DNA of 61,739 bases, filler included, from Choristocarpus tenellus KU-1152 (GCA_964200185.2; 9 parts of 9 records of this genome joined end to end with filler, not necessarily neighbours in it), one strand, 5' to 3'. Counted from the whole stretch's first letter, positions 13,319 to 26,037 are shown. Notes: generated by a model not told the origin, from the letters alone. Program-made: numbers and translations.

Positions 13319-13632
13319 TTGGATCGTTTTGTATTTCAAGCCAGTATATTAATATTTTGCAACTCACCCATATTTCTATGGATGAAGAGCTAAGTTGGAC
13401 ACAAGAATGTTGATTTCTCTATTGTTTGTAAAATTTCAGGGTCAAAGTATCTGGGGGGGGGGTGCCAGTGTCCGTTTTTCACCCTGGCTCGAAGTACCTG
13501 GGGGTGGCGGTTGTGCATTTGGGGTCAATTTTNNNNNNNNNNNNNNNNNNNNNNNNNNNNNNNNNNNNNNNNNNNNTTAATTAATTAANNNNNNNNNNNN
13601 NNNNNNNNNNNNNNNNNNNNNNNNNNNNNNNN

Positions 13633-13765
13633 GTAGTTATCATGTATATGACTGGAACAAGGATTGACACTTCCAATCAAACACAATAGTCAAAATTACA
13701 TCAAAATCGCAACATTGGGTTTTGGCCCCCAAATGGACGTGGCTCTACCCTCGATACTTTGACTC
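13633..13765 (-). mobile_element. MITE family B, partial copy truncated by gap
   Basis: AAAATTACATCAAAATCGCAACATTGG...GGCTCTACCCTCGATACTTTGACTC matches the family B end. Confidence 0.8.
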
Positions 13766-13957
13766 TCAGGAAACGTTTTTCCGGGCTGGCCCTATCATTG
13801 TTGCTGGTCTGGTACAAAGTCTTCAATCTTTGTGTAGTGTAATTTCGCTTCCAAAGGCTGAGGGGTATGATAAAAGTGTTATAGTAGGCTCAGTCTACTG
13901 GTGATACAACAATGCAACACACCAAGGCACGATTCCCATACTATAGTACATTCAAAA

Positions 13958-14103
13958 AACAGCCGATGTCAAACATTGAGGATGGAGCTTTTCATTGAGG
14001 ATGACAATACAAAAAAAACATATCGACACTTTATCCCAGTCAATTTTGGGTCAAGCCCATCCTCAATGAAAAGCTCCGTCCTCAATTTTTGAAATCGGCT
14101 GTT
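13958..14103. mobile_element. Foldback/MITE family C
   Basis: Arms of about 45 bp (AACAGCCGAT...TTGAGGATGGAGCTTTTCATTGAGGATG and CATCCTCAATGAAAAGCTCCGTCCTCAA...ATCGGCTGTT). The right half recurs at 17838-17920 and, inverted, at 47871-47936. Confidence 0.75.
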
Positions 14104-14500
14104 AAAACCCTGTCTATTAGGATTCACAGTGTCACTAGAGCTCTATATCATAATCTAAGACCAACTTTGTATCTCATCACCATCTCACTACGTGCAAATT
14201 GCTTACAAAGTCGATGGAGGGATAGTCTATCTGTTTTCATGGTTTAATGAAGTAGACAACACAAGGATGAAGCAATAGTTCAATGGAAGTATTATAGGAG
14301 ATTTCTGTTCAACTCTTGTTTCCTTAATCCCATTAGAAATGTAGTTCCTCACTTTTGTGATCTGTTAAAAAAAATATGTATGTAGGAGATATTTCGAGAT
14401 TTTACATTTACTTGGTTTGAAGTGTTTCGCTACATATTATTGTATTAGTTTAGTAGCATTGCAGACTATATACTTTGTCGAATTTGATCGATGACCGCGT

Positions 14501-14582
14501 GACGACGTTGCAGAGTGGTCAAATGCGTCGGTTTCAAGCACCGATCCTTCAGGGTTCCCGAGTTCGAACCTCGGCGTCGTCA
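14501..14582 (+). tRNA. trnL-CAA: tRNA-Leu (anticodon CAA), intronless, type II variable arm
   Basis: Acceptor stem GACGACG/CGTCGTC plus discriminator A; D loop AGTGGTC; anticodon stem TCGGT/ACCGA with loop TT-CAA-GC; long variable arm; T arm CCGAG-TTCGAAC-CTCGG. T5 Pol III terminator at about 14592 and TATATA about 30 nt upstream. Confidence 0.95.
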
Positions 14583-14760
14583 TACATACAATTTTTGTCT
14601 TTTAGAAACTCTACAAACTCTTGGGGAAGATCGTTGAGTTTACCCGTGATATTGCCTCCTCAACAATACATAAACAGATGATGCCTGTCACATTCCAAAT
14701 TCGACAGCGCAGCAACTTTACCCAATCAGATAAACATAGTATCAACCTGCTTTATCAGTT

Positions 14761-15017
14761 GAGCCAAAGTATCTTAGAGGGTAGAGTCACTTCCATTTGG
14801 GGACCAAATCCAATGTTGCAATTTTGATGTAATTTTGGCTGTCATGTTTGTTAGGAGGTGTCAATATCCTCGTTCCGGACACACCTTTTCACAAGGTATA
14901 CATTTTACCTACTCCAAAAATTTTGGAGTAGGTAAAATGTCATTAAAATCCCGTGGGAAGCCAAGCCCCAAATGGACAAACAGGAAAAAACTCGTACCCT
15001 CTAAGATTCCTTAACTC
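14761..15017 (+). mobile_element. MITE family B (about 255 bp; TIR GAGTCAAAGTATCTTAGAGGGTA; central 40-bp palindrome)
   Basis: TIRs at both ends and an internal palindrome at 14900-14940; homologous to the copies at 16838, 22871 and 54516. Confidence 0.9.
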
Positions 15018-15049
15018 ACCTTGCAGATTCTCCATGTCATACAACCTTG

Positions 15050-15790
15050 GAGCAGGTGTACCTAGTAGTCTAGTTTTGAGCATTCTGACCTTAAAATCCA
15101 AGCGATACACCAACAGTTTAATTGTAAAACACCTACCTGTACTCTCGGAAGCAGCCTCAGACCTTGTAGACTCGTCTACCAATATCAGCAGTGACATCAG
15201 CATGATCACTGATGGCTTCCCCAACGTAAACAAACCTTTTTTGTCTTCTTTTAGGTCTGACCTAAGGCATAGATTTGCACTCTGACCGTATCCTCATTAG
15301 GGGGTTGGAGGCACACATTCTGTAATGAGCTCATACAGTTAAGCCAAACGCCTTTTCCGCCTTCATAAGCAATCATCCTGGGCAGATCCTCTTGCACCAT
15401 CTGCATAGAGTATGCACAAAAAGCGACGCTCAAGTATCGGCCCCATTTCTTGCAGTACCTTTACCCGCTGACATGAGGTTCCTCTCATTCCCCTCAGTGA
15501 TGATTGGGCCTCTTAGATGACTGGGTCAGAGTTGAACCCCCTAACCCTTAGGTTTGGCAAATAATAAGGAGTAGCAAGGAAGGGGCGTTAGACCCATATA
15601 GATCATGCCGTCTAGAAGTCGCATTTTGAGATGAGCAGGAAACAATATGCCAACACAGGAGGGGGGGAGACAATTATCTAGAGGGATGCAGGAAGGTCCA
15701 CAAATGGCCCATAGTATCATGGAGGGGCGGGGATAGCCCAGTTCACCCATTTGGGGCTTGATGGAGTATGATTGAATAATTCAGTTTGGT
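15050..15790 (-). mobile_element. Decayed non-LTR retrotransposon fragment
   Basis: The minus strand near 15690-15750 resembles the GGLG...AFVGS post-RT region of the element at about 59620-59690; the frames are disrupted. Confidence 0.4.
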
Positions 15791-16837
15791 ACCCTTTTTT
15801 TGGGCGATTTTCCTTCAGATTTATTTAGTCCAGGCAGGGGGTGGAAGAGGAAGGTGTGACCAGGTGATGGACATTGCCTTTTACATCTGACACGTTCAGT
15901 CAAATGACATTAGAACCTCTACAGGAGTACACTGGCCCGAATGGACGCCTACCACACCCTCTAGGATACCATTGGCCAATTGGAGTGTACATAAGGATGA
16001 TTTTCAACGGTGGATGCAGCTATTCATGAGATGAAATATGGAAATATTTTATAGTAGTACCAGTTTTTGGGAACAATTTTTTTTTCTATTGTAAGGTGCG
16101 TCCGACATCATTTTATATTATTGAGGCACATCATCAACCAACATGGGATGCATTCTCCTCCGAAACGAGAAGATATGTTACAAAAATATTTAGCCAAAGC
16201 TTCACTTTTAATAACACCAGTCCATTGTGATCACATAGTTTGAAACTAAGGACCACTCCAATTTTTTAACCTTCCATACTGTAAGTTGGGGCAATAGGAA
16301 TCAATGGTATACTTTGCCGTTCTAACCATTTGGGACTGGTGAGGAAGGGGCATCATCACAACTGAATGGGTAACCGAAAGATATGTGTTCTATTTTACTT
16401 TCCATACGGTGTTCGCAGGTTACTGGATTGTGCGGAGGGGGGGGACATAGAGAGGTCTGACAAAGATGAGGGTATATAGTGCGTGTTATTTCTCACCAAC
16501 ATCGATCAAGTTCTATCCAGGTCAACCTGTTCCTCCCGACTGTGTGTTGTGCCTGCCTATTGGTCTCCTTTCGGTATCCATCCAGCATCGATAACTCCTA
16601 ATTGAGGAGAGAGAGATGGTGTGGTGGTGGGATAGGCATCATTTCATCATTTCATCGACTTGGTCGTTTATGCATGCATCTATTGAGTGAAGCGATGTGC
16701 AGGAGGAGGGTGACACAGAGATTGAGGTTCAAACTTCGAGGAACAAACATAACAAGGGCAAACCAGGGACAAAAAAAAAGTGTCAGTGTCTCTCAAGAAA
16801 GATCCACAGTATGTTCTTGGTTTAAGCTACTGGGTGA

Positions 16838-17096
16838 GAGTAAAGGTATCTTAGAGAGTACGAGTTTTGCCCTCTTTGTCCGTTTGGGGCTTGACTTCTC
16901 ATGGGTCTTTTTATGACATTTTCCTACTCCGAAACATTTCGGAGTAGGTAAAATATATACGTCTTGAAAAGGTGTGTCCGGAACAAGGCTATTGACACTT
17001 CCTAACAAACATGATAGTTAAAATTACATCAAAATCGGAACATTGGATTTTTGCCCTGAAATGGACTCGGCTCTACCTTCTAAGATACTTTGACTC
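16838..17096 (-). mobile_element. MITE family B copy
   Basis: Full-length reverse copy with both TIRs; central palindrome reads CCTACTCCGAAA-CA-TTTCGGAGTAGG. Confidence 0.9.
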
Positions 17097-17837
17097 TCAA
17101 TGTCTTAATTAATCAGAATGTGCACTGAGTCCGAACAGTAGCAGGACCTGTTCCGCAACAATTTTTTTTACAAATGAGTGTAGGATTTTCTAATTCTGTC
17201 GAATTTTTCAAATAATATAGAAATCAACGCTCTCAAGTCAAACTGAGCAATTCATCCATAGAAAATATAGGTGAATTGAAAAGATTGAAAAGCTTGAAAA
17301 GTCTGGGTAACTCTCGTTTACTTTGACTCATAGCGATATCAGCGAGGTTCAGTTGATACAACAACCAGTAAATGATGGTAGACCACCTCTGGATAAATGA
17401 ACTCTCAACATGAAAGGTACAGAAGAGGTTGACCCTATGACCGACATGATTCACAATTGGGTGTTCTGGTGGTGCACAACGACCAGTGCGTGTGGAGAAG
17501 TCCGTTGCCTAACATGAGGCCTTCAGCACCTCAAAGCTACAGAAAAACATTGCAGCTGAACGTGGTGAGATTGGGATAGGATGGGAGGCGAATAATTCCC
17601 CTGCATGGTATATTCAGTTGTGCACAAACGCAAGATGTCAGCGCGAAGAACTTCATATAGAAACCCCTTTGTTGCCATATCCTTTCAAGCCTCCCTCACG
17701 GTGGATGCCACCTGCTCTACCCACTACCTCTTATCCCAGGTCATGCACAGCAATTCAACACTCAAATCCTCGATTTTCTATTGCATAGGAGAATTGTGCA
17801 GTTGACACTCTGCCATACCAGGTTAAAAAAAAAAAAC

Positions 17838-17920
17838 ATATCGACACTTTATCCCAGTCAATTTTGGGTCAAGCCCATCCTCAATGAAAAGCTCCATCCT
17901 CAATTATTGAAATCGGCTGT
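17838..17920 (+). mobile_element. Family C partial copy
   Basis: About 80 nt nearly identical to 14020-14103. Confidence 0.75.
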
Positions 17921-19841
17921 TTTCTGTGGTTCATGTTTGACAAACGAAGGTTCTTTAATCAATTACTGGGAAAATCGGGGAATTTATGTGTGGGTTCGAA
18001 TGTAAACATCTGAACGAGTAAGTTCAACAATTACAAATAATATTCATAAACTAGACCAATGGAGATGGGGAGTGATGAGAACCTTCAAGCATGAGGTTCA
18101 GGAAAGATATGAGAGAGGGGTGTTAATGTATGGTGGGTGGGGGTTGAGACCCTGAGAGCAACACGTTCCTCAAATGCCCTGTTGTGAGTGATCGTGTTCA
18201 GTCAGAACAGAACACAATCATCCGATTCGCTGATTGACTCCATGGATCATGTCTGGGTCACCGTGACCTTGTCATGCATCTGACCCACACCACATCACCT
18301 TGACTGGCCACAATGGAAAAAGTCTGAGCATGCCACATATATGTCCAGGCATGGTCCATCATGTCAATGCCCAGGAGATTCCAAATGGGATCTGTCCCTG
18401 AGAGAAAGGTTTCAGCAGGATATTCAAATAGAAACTTACTGAGGACTACTAATGAGTGCCAAAAAAACAGTTTAGAGGATTGTTGGCAAAGGACAGAGTG
18501 ACCTCAAACGTCCCACAAGTGCATTGAGAGTATTTGGTGCTATTACATCTTTGTCGCATTTCCTTTAAGTAGTATTGTAGTTAGGCTTTTCCTGTAACAC
18601 CATACACTGCTCACCACATGTGCTTTGTACTATAGTCCGCACCCAATTGCAATCGTACACACCACGAGAGGCTCCTACAAAGGAGTAGTGGATTTTACAA
18701 AAAAAAAAGCGTCAGATACATACCACCATTTTCAGAGTACCATGATAGGCTGTAGATTGCAATTCACCTCTGCCTTACGCAATACGTAAAGTGCATGGCT
18801 ATGGATTTCTTTCTCAATATTTGAAAACTTGATTAGAACAGTTTGCAAAAGGTCACTCATGGCTCAATTCACTGCCTCCACTTCACGTTATTTGTACCTT
18901 TGATGAGTGACATATTCAAACATCGCATCTTTGTGGGGCTACAACATTACAATATCCTTGCTATCCATTGCATTTCATGAAGGAGCCGAGTCAGCTTCAT
19001 GATCAGGCTCGAATCAATTCCACTACCAGAAAAAACAGTGCTGCCACTCTAGCATAAATGCCTTTCATCTTAGCCATTACATTTCTCGATTAGATCTGGC
19101 ATGAATACCTTCAGCAACAAAGATGGCATCAACATATAAATCCCCACTGATCAACGATTCTTAAGCCTGACATCCTCTATAATGACGAGCAACATTGGGA
19201 CATCAGGTTTAGAATCAAGAGTGGAGGATGACACTGACTGGACACAGGTGTGTAACACTGAAAGCCCTTATCAACCATCTCAAACAACACAGTAAAGGGC
19301 CAAGAGGCGATAGGCTGCTATGAACTCCCTTCAGCAAACATCGAGGTTCGGGCAGAACGACACTAAATAAAGAAAAAGTGAACATATAGGAATGCACTAC
19401 ATGGGTACAAAAAGCAGCAGCCCAGGGACAATTTACTCCCCTTCCTATCCAACACACAACGGGTCTTGTGAGGCATGCACTCCAACATCCACACTAGCAT
19501 TACTGTATTACTGTCCTGAACAACAATTCCCTGCCTGTCTAGTAAGACTATTGAAAGCAAGTAAAAAAGACTCAGTCTGTATGAATGACAGTACTCCCTG
19601 ATCAAACGGGGGGCTATTGAAAACCCCAAGCAAAATCCGAACAACCAAAGCTCTAAGCAACTGTAATAATGAGTTACTATCAAATTGCTTCACAAAGATA
19701 TCGACTCCTCTTCACAAAGCAACTACCGTGTACATCCCTCTGACTTGCCCTGTATCAAACATGGCACCACAATGACATCTGCTCTTCAAATACATCCATG
19801 TGACATGCAATATTGTGTTCCAGGGGAAAGTCCCCTTGTCC

Positions 19842-22800
19842 TTAGAGGCATGCGCGCTGAAATACACTGCCATCGTTCCTGCATACAACCAATGCAGGAC
19901 TTATATCGCCCAAGGTCTACCTCCAAAAATGCGTGAGATGAAAAGGCAAAAGGGGTAGGGGGTGGTGCAGAGGGGTGAGGAAGGAAATGTTCACTATTTC
20001 GCCTGTTCTATGTAGGGATGTAGAAAATGTTGTTTGTTGCCTTGAAATGAAGAAACGGCACTACAGCATCGCACCCAATTGAGTTTTGGGGCTTGCTGTA
20101 TATGCAGGGCATTCCATTTTGTGATATAAATTCGATAGTTGGAGGAAAATGACACTGTCTTGACTTGTACATTTCCACTTTAACATAACATAACATTACA
20201 TAGCAGAATATACCAATGTAAACATAGGCACATTAGTTGACCCATATAAAAGTGTTCACATCACTCATATTCTAAACAGTCAGGAATGATCCTGGGGGTT
20301 GTTCAATCTGGCGCCACCTAACCAAAGAAAGGTAACAAAGGCATCTAAGATGCTGCAATGGTTGACACCAAATGATTGGGACAAAATGTATGATTACCTG
20401 ACAACCACAAAGAGCCATAGCTGCCTCCAGCTCCCCCTTCAGTAGCTCAAGCATGAAGCGGACACCTTCTTGCCCAGCGATTGCCAATGAGAAGAACACA
20501 GGCCTCCCCAACAGCACTGCCGTCGCTCCTGTATGGGCATCATGCAATTTCAATAATACCAAGCAAATAAACTCAGCAGCAAAGACACTTCGCTACAAGG
20601 TCCCTCTCTTTGAAATTCAACCGTCTTCAGCACTATAAAGCATGAATATCCCCACATATCCTTCCAAACACATGCCAAAACAATTCTTTGCTAAATCACC
20701 TAAATCACCAGAAGTAACTATCCTCTGATAATCGCAGTCCATCACACACACACGCCCACTGCTCACCGAGCGCCAGAGCCTTGAGGACATCTGTCCCCCT
20801 TCTAACACCCGAGTCCAACAGTACAGGTACCTGTGTCCCTCTTGGGTGTGAACGTACCGCCTGCACACCAGCATTGAGCAAATAAATCAGGTTTGACGTT
20901 GGTTACTTAGTTTCCATGAAGGGGAGAGAGTGCGTAACGTATGGCAAGTTTGGCAAGCTCTCTCAACTCCAGGAATCTATCCATCAACAGAGCAGGAGGT
21001 ATTGAAATGTTGGGGGGTACCATGAGGTTTTGGCAGCTCTACACCTGTGCTGGGTATTGCATTCGATATCCCCACTTCTTGCGAAAGAGAATGCCCTCAC
21101 TGGGTAGGGCTACTTCAGAGCATGTCCTACCCATTCAGGGTGTGATGATTCCTTTGTAAATATTCAAGTGAGCATCGAGTGAGATCCTGACAAAAACAAC
21201 CCTCCATTGCACCAGAGATGCAACCGTAACCTCTCAGAATATGAACCCATATAGTATATCGAGAGGGATATCGCACCTTCACCACAGGCCCAAGGCTTTC
21301 AATAGAGGACAGCGCACCATCAAGAGCACGCCCCCCATGGTTGCTGACAATTATACCATCTGCACCTGAATCAACCGCCTGGAGAGCATCCACAGGGCTA
21401 AGTACACCCTATAGCCCAGGATTGCCCAACCAACAAATGGAACGTAACACACCCGAGGGAATATAATAAAAAAGGGCAGCAGGAAAGCATACAGATGGTA
21501 AGAATGACATGAAAGCTTTGCTCCCATCAGTAGTCTTGAATACTTCAATGTTGTGATAGTGGAAGCAACCGAAAGAGGACAAACCATCAGAGCCTGTGTA
21601 AGATGTTGCACGAGTACCTTGACTAGTATGGGAAGGGTGGTGTGTTCCTTGACCCAGGCGATGTCATCCCAGGTAGCTCTAATACAAGTGAGGGCGCGGA
21701 ACATAGACAGTGACAATGGTCAAGTTAGCTGTCAATAGGGGTACGGCAATGACAGGAGAGGGTACGAGTTTGATACACATTGTCTTTCTTGAGGCCTGAC
21801 TGATCAGCAAGTCAAAGTTCTCATAGTTCAAACCAAAGATGTGGGGAGGAGCTGAGTGCAACTAAGTCGAACTATGAAGTTGAACTACGGAAGGGGGGAT
21901 AAAAACAAACCAGCATTCCTTGTTGAGGTGGATGAAGATGCATTCGCAGTACAGGAGTAGTTACCTTTCATCAAAGAGTTTCTCTGTGTTCTGGTCCCAA
22001 GCATCTTTAACCCTGTCGTTGTAACCATCCTGTGGGCAGGGTGGGATGTATATACGTGCGACTGAGCCTTCTGTAACCTACTCCTCAAATAAGAAAATGA
22101 TTGATCAGTAGGACACCAAAGTGGTGCTACACATCTCCAATCTGCTCTTCCACCACAAGCAAACCAAACCTGATCGAATGAATGCACTCACCTGGGTAGG
22201 ATAATTCGCTAGAGTCAGTCCATCTGGGAGGCCGCTGAAGTTGTTCCTCCAGTCTGCCTCCCTTGACCCAAAGCGAACACTATCAACAGTTAGGCACACA
22301 GCAGAGTACCCTGCAGCCTCCACTCTACAAAGGAAAGGTGAAAAAAAAAATCGGGGTTGTTCACGTCATGCGATTTCACGAGAAATGTGGTGATCTCACA
22401 TGCCACAGAAAAAAAGGGACACGATCAAGTCACTGAGAAAAAGTCTGGAGGAGTGCAGAATGAGATTTATTTTTGCCCAATCGGGCTAGGCATGAAGTTA
22501 CCTAGTGAGTAGATGTCATGGGCTCCATCCGCTGCGCACATCCAATATCGTGCAGGTACTTGGCTGTCTCAAACAATATTTGTGGTGAGAAAGAGCATGA
22601 ACAACAAAGCTCGTTCATTCAGATCATTGATTCTGTACCACCTTTGGAGGATCTCTGCAGTTAGAATTCTGTCCCTGAGTATGTACAGTTGAAACCAGCG
22701 TGGGCAGCTCGGTGATGCTGCAGCAATTGATTCCAAGGAGACTGTAGAATGCTGAGATACTCCCATCAATGTTCCTGCACACACATTTGGTAGTTGTGAT

Positions 22801-24035
22801 GCTGTCATACGGAAGGGTTGCAACTACAACCAAAGAGTGCATCTAGACAGAATAATGGACAAGAAGATAAGAATGAAAGTATCTTTGAGGGTACAAGTTT
22901 TGCCCTGTTTGTCCGTTTGGGGCTTGGCTTCCCATGGGGTTTTTTTATGACGTTATGAAAAGGTGCGTCCGCAACAAGGATAGTGACACTTCCTAACAAC
23001 CACGATAGCCAAAATTACATCAAAATCGCAACATTGGATTTTGCCCCCCGAACAGACGCGGCTCTACCCTCTAAGATACTCTGACTCTAACGAGCCTGTT
23101 GTGGTCAGTGATCGGTGAACTATAGTCTGGGCAAGAGAATTGTGTGCACATCCAATCTATAACGAGTGGCACATGACTGAAGGTCGAACGTAGATTGGGC
23201 ATATTATGCGAGATCGAGGGTTTGATGTGTGGAATAGCAAAGTGAATAATTCCAAGTTGTGTTTGCTCACCAACTTCTTCACATGCTCTGACAGTCGCAC
23301 ACTCCCCTTCAGGACTCATCAGCTTATGTACGCCTGTCGAGGCGGGTTGCGACAAAAGGTGGATGCTAAGTTGTCGTCGCCACAATCCAACCACATTCCA
23401 GGGCTCGATAGACTGCAACATTGGACTCTCACAAAAATCGACTTCTATAGGAAAATCAGAGCACATCGCAGCGCAAACAACTATTACCTGCGGGCGAAAC
23501 GAATACCGGCATGGAGAGATTCTGTCCAAATATCTCCAGTCGTGTGTCCACATTGGAGACGTCTCTCATCATGCGTGGGATAAGGAATACGCGTTTGAAA
23601 GCCAGGCGGTTCTCCAACAGAGCTGCGGGTTGGGGTTGGTGCAAGGTTAGAAGGCGGGGAAGCTTTAAGCGGAAATTTGAAGTGGGCACATTGAGGCATC
23701 CAGGGCCAACCAAAACCAAGCCTCTCAAACTTACTCTGTTCATCGTCTGTCCCAGAAGCCACGTATTCGTATAGGGACTTCGGCAAGAGGGTCTTGGCTG
23801 TCATAGCGGGCGACGAGAGATAGGATCAGGGTAACGTGAGGTTCAATACGTCATGAACAGGGAAAACTCTTGCGACCTACGACTAGAAAAGCAGACGTAC
23901 ATGTACGTAGTGAGAAAGTATGGTATACAGTGAATTCCCACCTAAGGCTTGAAAATCATCAAGACTGACGCAGCGTCTAAGATCCACCAAAGCATTGCCC
24001 TTCTCCGTTTCTGATGGTTCGAGGTTAATTGCCAT
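19842..24035 (-). CDS. GOX: FMN-dependent (S)-2-hydroxy-acid oxidase / glycolate oxidase, complete, 12 exons
   Basis: Exons 24035-23942, 23797-23735, 23622-23488, 23333-23271, 22774-22642, 22324-22192, 22029-21965, 21678-21618, 21408-21277, 20860-20767, 20528-20398 and 19916-19842, all GT-AG and phase-consistent. Motifs: [72 protein letters not shown]. The protein ends FQRACL*. Confidence 0.95.
22871..23087 (-). mobile_element. MITE family B copy in GOX intron 4, TAA target-site duplication, central palindrome deleted
   Basis: TAA at 22868-22870 and 23088-23090 flanks the TIRs. The interior reads TTATGAC|GTTATGAAAAGG with the hairpin absent. Confidence 0.9.
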
Positions 24036-24892
24036 CTCCCTCTTTCCGCAAGCGCGGTCTATTGTCCTTCACTGATATATTACCTAACACGTACGACCAC
24101 CGTCGTAGTACTGGCCTCAGGACCACCAAAGTGTTCAGGGGCAGGCAACAGGCGGAAAGGGTTACCAGTTGAGAGGCTGGGTCGATTGCTTCTGTTTTTC
24201 TCCAGTGGTTGGGGCACAGAACAGCATCGAAAGCAATGACGTCTTGTCTGAGATTGCAACATAAGCAACCAATGTATTTATTGTCCGTTCATAGTTGATT
24301 CTTCCTTTCCAAGATTCTCACATTCACACGCCTCATTACCGCACATTGTATGTCAGGTTTGAAACATTACTGACTCTCCTAACAAGCCAATCAACAGGAC
24401 TCCAAAATTGGATCATATTGCTAGACCCATAACAATGGAGTATAGAAACCTTATGACTATGAAAGTGAACCTTCCAACATGAAGTTGTTGATTGAGAGGA
24501 GTAGCACACATACTTTTGAGTCAGGCCGATAAGTAAAAAAACTGGTATCGGTAATAAGTAACATAAAGAAGGTACATTCATTCGTCCAGAACTCAACATC
24601 CATTACATCTGATTCAAACAGAAACGCCAATCCTTCAACTTCAACCTTCACAAAATTGTATCCTACCTCACCCCCACACTCCACATACATGCTGCCATCA
24701 CAAGAGAGGGCACCCCACCTAATTGTTATGGTCTTGACTCTAATACCAGAGGATCGAAACAACACTTTTGACATAATAAGAAGAGTTGTACTAGATTTTT
24801 TTGCTTTCTTTGCTCACGAATTCTGGGTTATTATTAATTCTATGTTTGCATTCCACCCATTCTACTCCTCCCCATTGTACCACCACTACTCG

Positions 24893-25100
24893 TGACCAAC
24901 CAGTGCGAACCCCTTTCACCACTAATTTCTAGTCATCCAATGACCAGCCAGTGCGAACCCCCTTCGCCACTGATTTTCAGTCACCTCCCACATCCATCCG
25001 ATGACCAACCAGTGCAACCTCTTCACCACTGATTTCCAGTCACCAACCCCATCTGATGACCAACCAGTGCGACCCCTTCGCCACTGATTTCCACTAACCA
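24893..25100. repeat. Minisatellite, about four degenerate 48-60-bp units
   Basis: Recurrent TGACCAACCAGTGCGA(A)CCC(C)TTC(A/G)CCACT(G/A)ATTT. Confidence 0.8.
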
Positions 25101-25343
25101 ACCCCACCCTTCAACCCCATCCAATCCCACACCACTTACGACTTCACCACACCATTCAACATCACTCCCCCCCAACACTACTTTCCACTCCCCCACACCC
25201 TCAACACCACTCCACAATCATCCAAGAACACCCCTTCATCATCCACTTCATACTGTCCATGTCTTTGAACTAGTAGACATCTACCTGCCGAACTTGCCCC
25301 CCCCCCCCTACCCAGCATCCCAGCTGGCCGTGAGCATTCAAAA

Positions 25344-25370
25344 GGGTGGGTGGGTGGGTGGGTGGGTGGG
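25344..25370 (+). repeat. (GGGT)n microsatellite, G-quadruplex-capable
   Basis: Seven GGG tracts separated by single T. Confidence 0.8.
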
Positions 25371-26037
25371 AGAGATTGATCAGAAGTTGTCTTATTCTAG
25401 CCCTGCTTGTCCAGTATCACCAACCTCCGTTTTTCTTTAAGTTCTGAACATTCTTTCCTACCTCATGTTTCCACGTACCACCCATTTCTTTTAACTTCTC
25501 TCCTGCCTCTTCTGCCTCCTAGACACTCAGTACTTAACTCTTCGTCCACCCTTGACACTTTAGTTTTTCCTCAATCAACCATCCCTTCCCCGTACGTCAG
25601 TCCTACCAGAATTCTCCCGCCCACAGAACTCAGATTACCTCATAACCTTCCCCGTTTTACCCCATAAAAGAAAATGTTGTTACTGTTAAAGTATCCCCAA
25701 AATCATCAAAGAGGATAAAGGTGATAAACCNNNNNNNNNNNNNNNNNNNNNNNNNNNNNNNNNNNNNNNNNNNNTTAATTAATTAANNNNNNNNNNNNNN
25801 NNNNNNNNNNNNNNNNNNNNNNNNNNNNNNGGTTAGGGTTAGGCTTGAAGTGGAGGGCGAGGGGGGGAAGACATAAAGCAAGATAACACACCTCTGCTCA
25901 ACTCAGGAAAGAGAGTAAATCACCATCAATGCCAAATAATAATAATAATAATAATAATACTAGAGGAATCGCAACCTCTCTTATTTTCAGTCACCTTGCA
26001 GCTCTTGCAGCAACCTGTGCATTGTTCTCCTCCCCAG

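Noticed and set aside
16419-16471. Possible small exon LLDCAEGGDIERSDKDE
   Set aside because: Isolated, with no partner exons found.
17507-17553. Minus-strand AAMFFCSFEVLKASC*, resembling a mitochondrial-carrier C-terminus
   Set aside because: No upstream exons with PxDxxK carrier signatures were found; too short to support.
24893-25100. Repeat-spacer-like array resembling CRISPR (also 27671-27803)
   Set aside because: The units are degenerate or contiguous tandem repeats without unique spacers, the context is eukaryotic and there are no cas genes.
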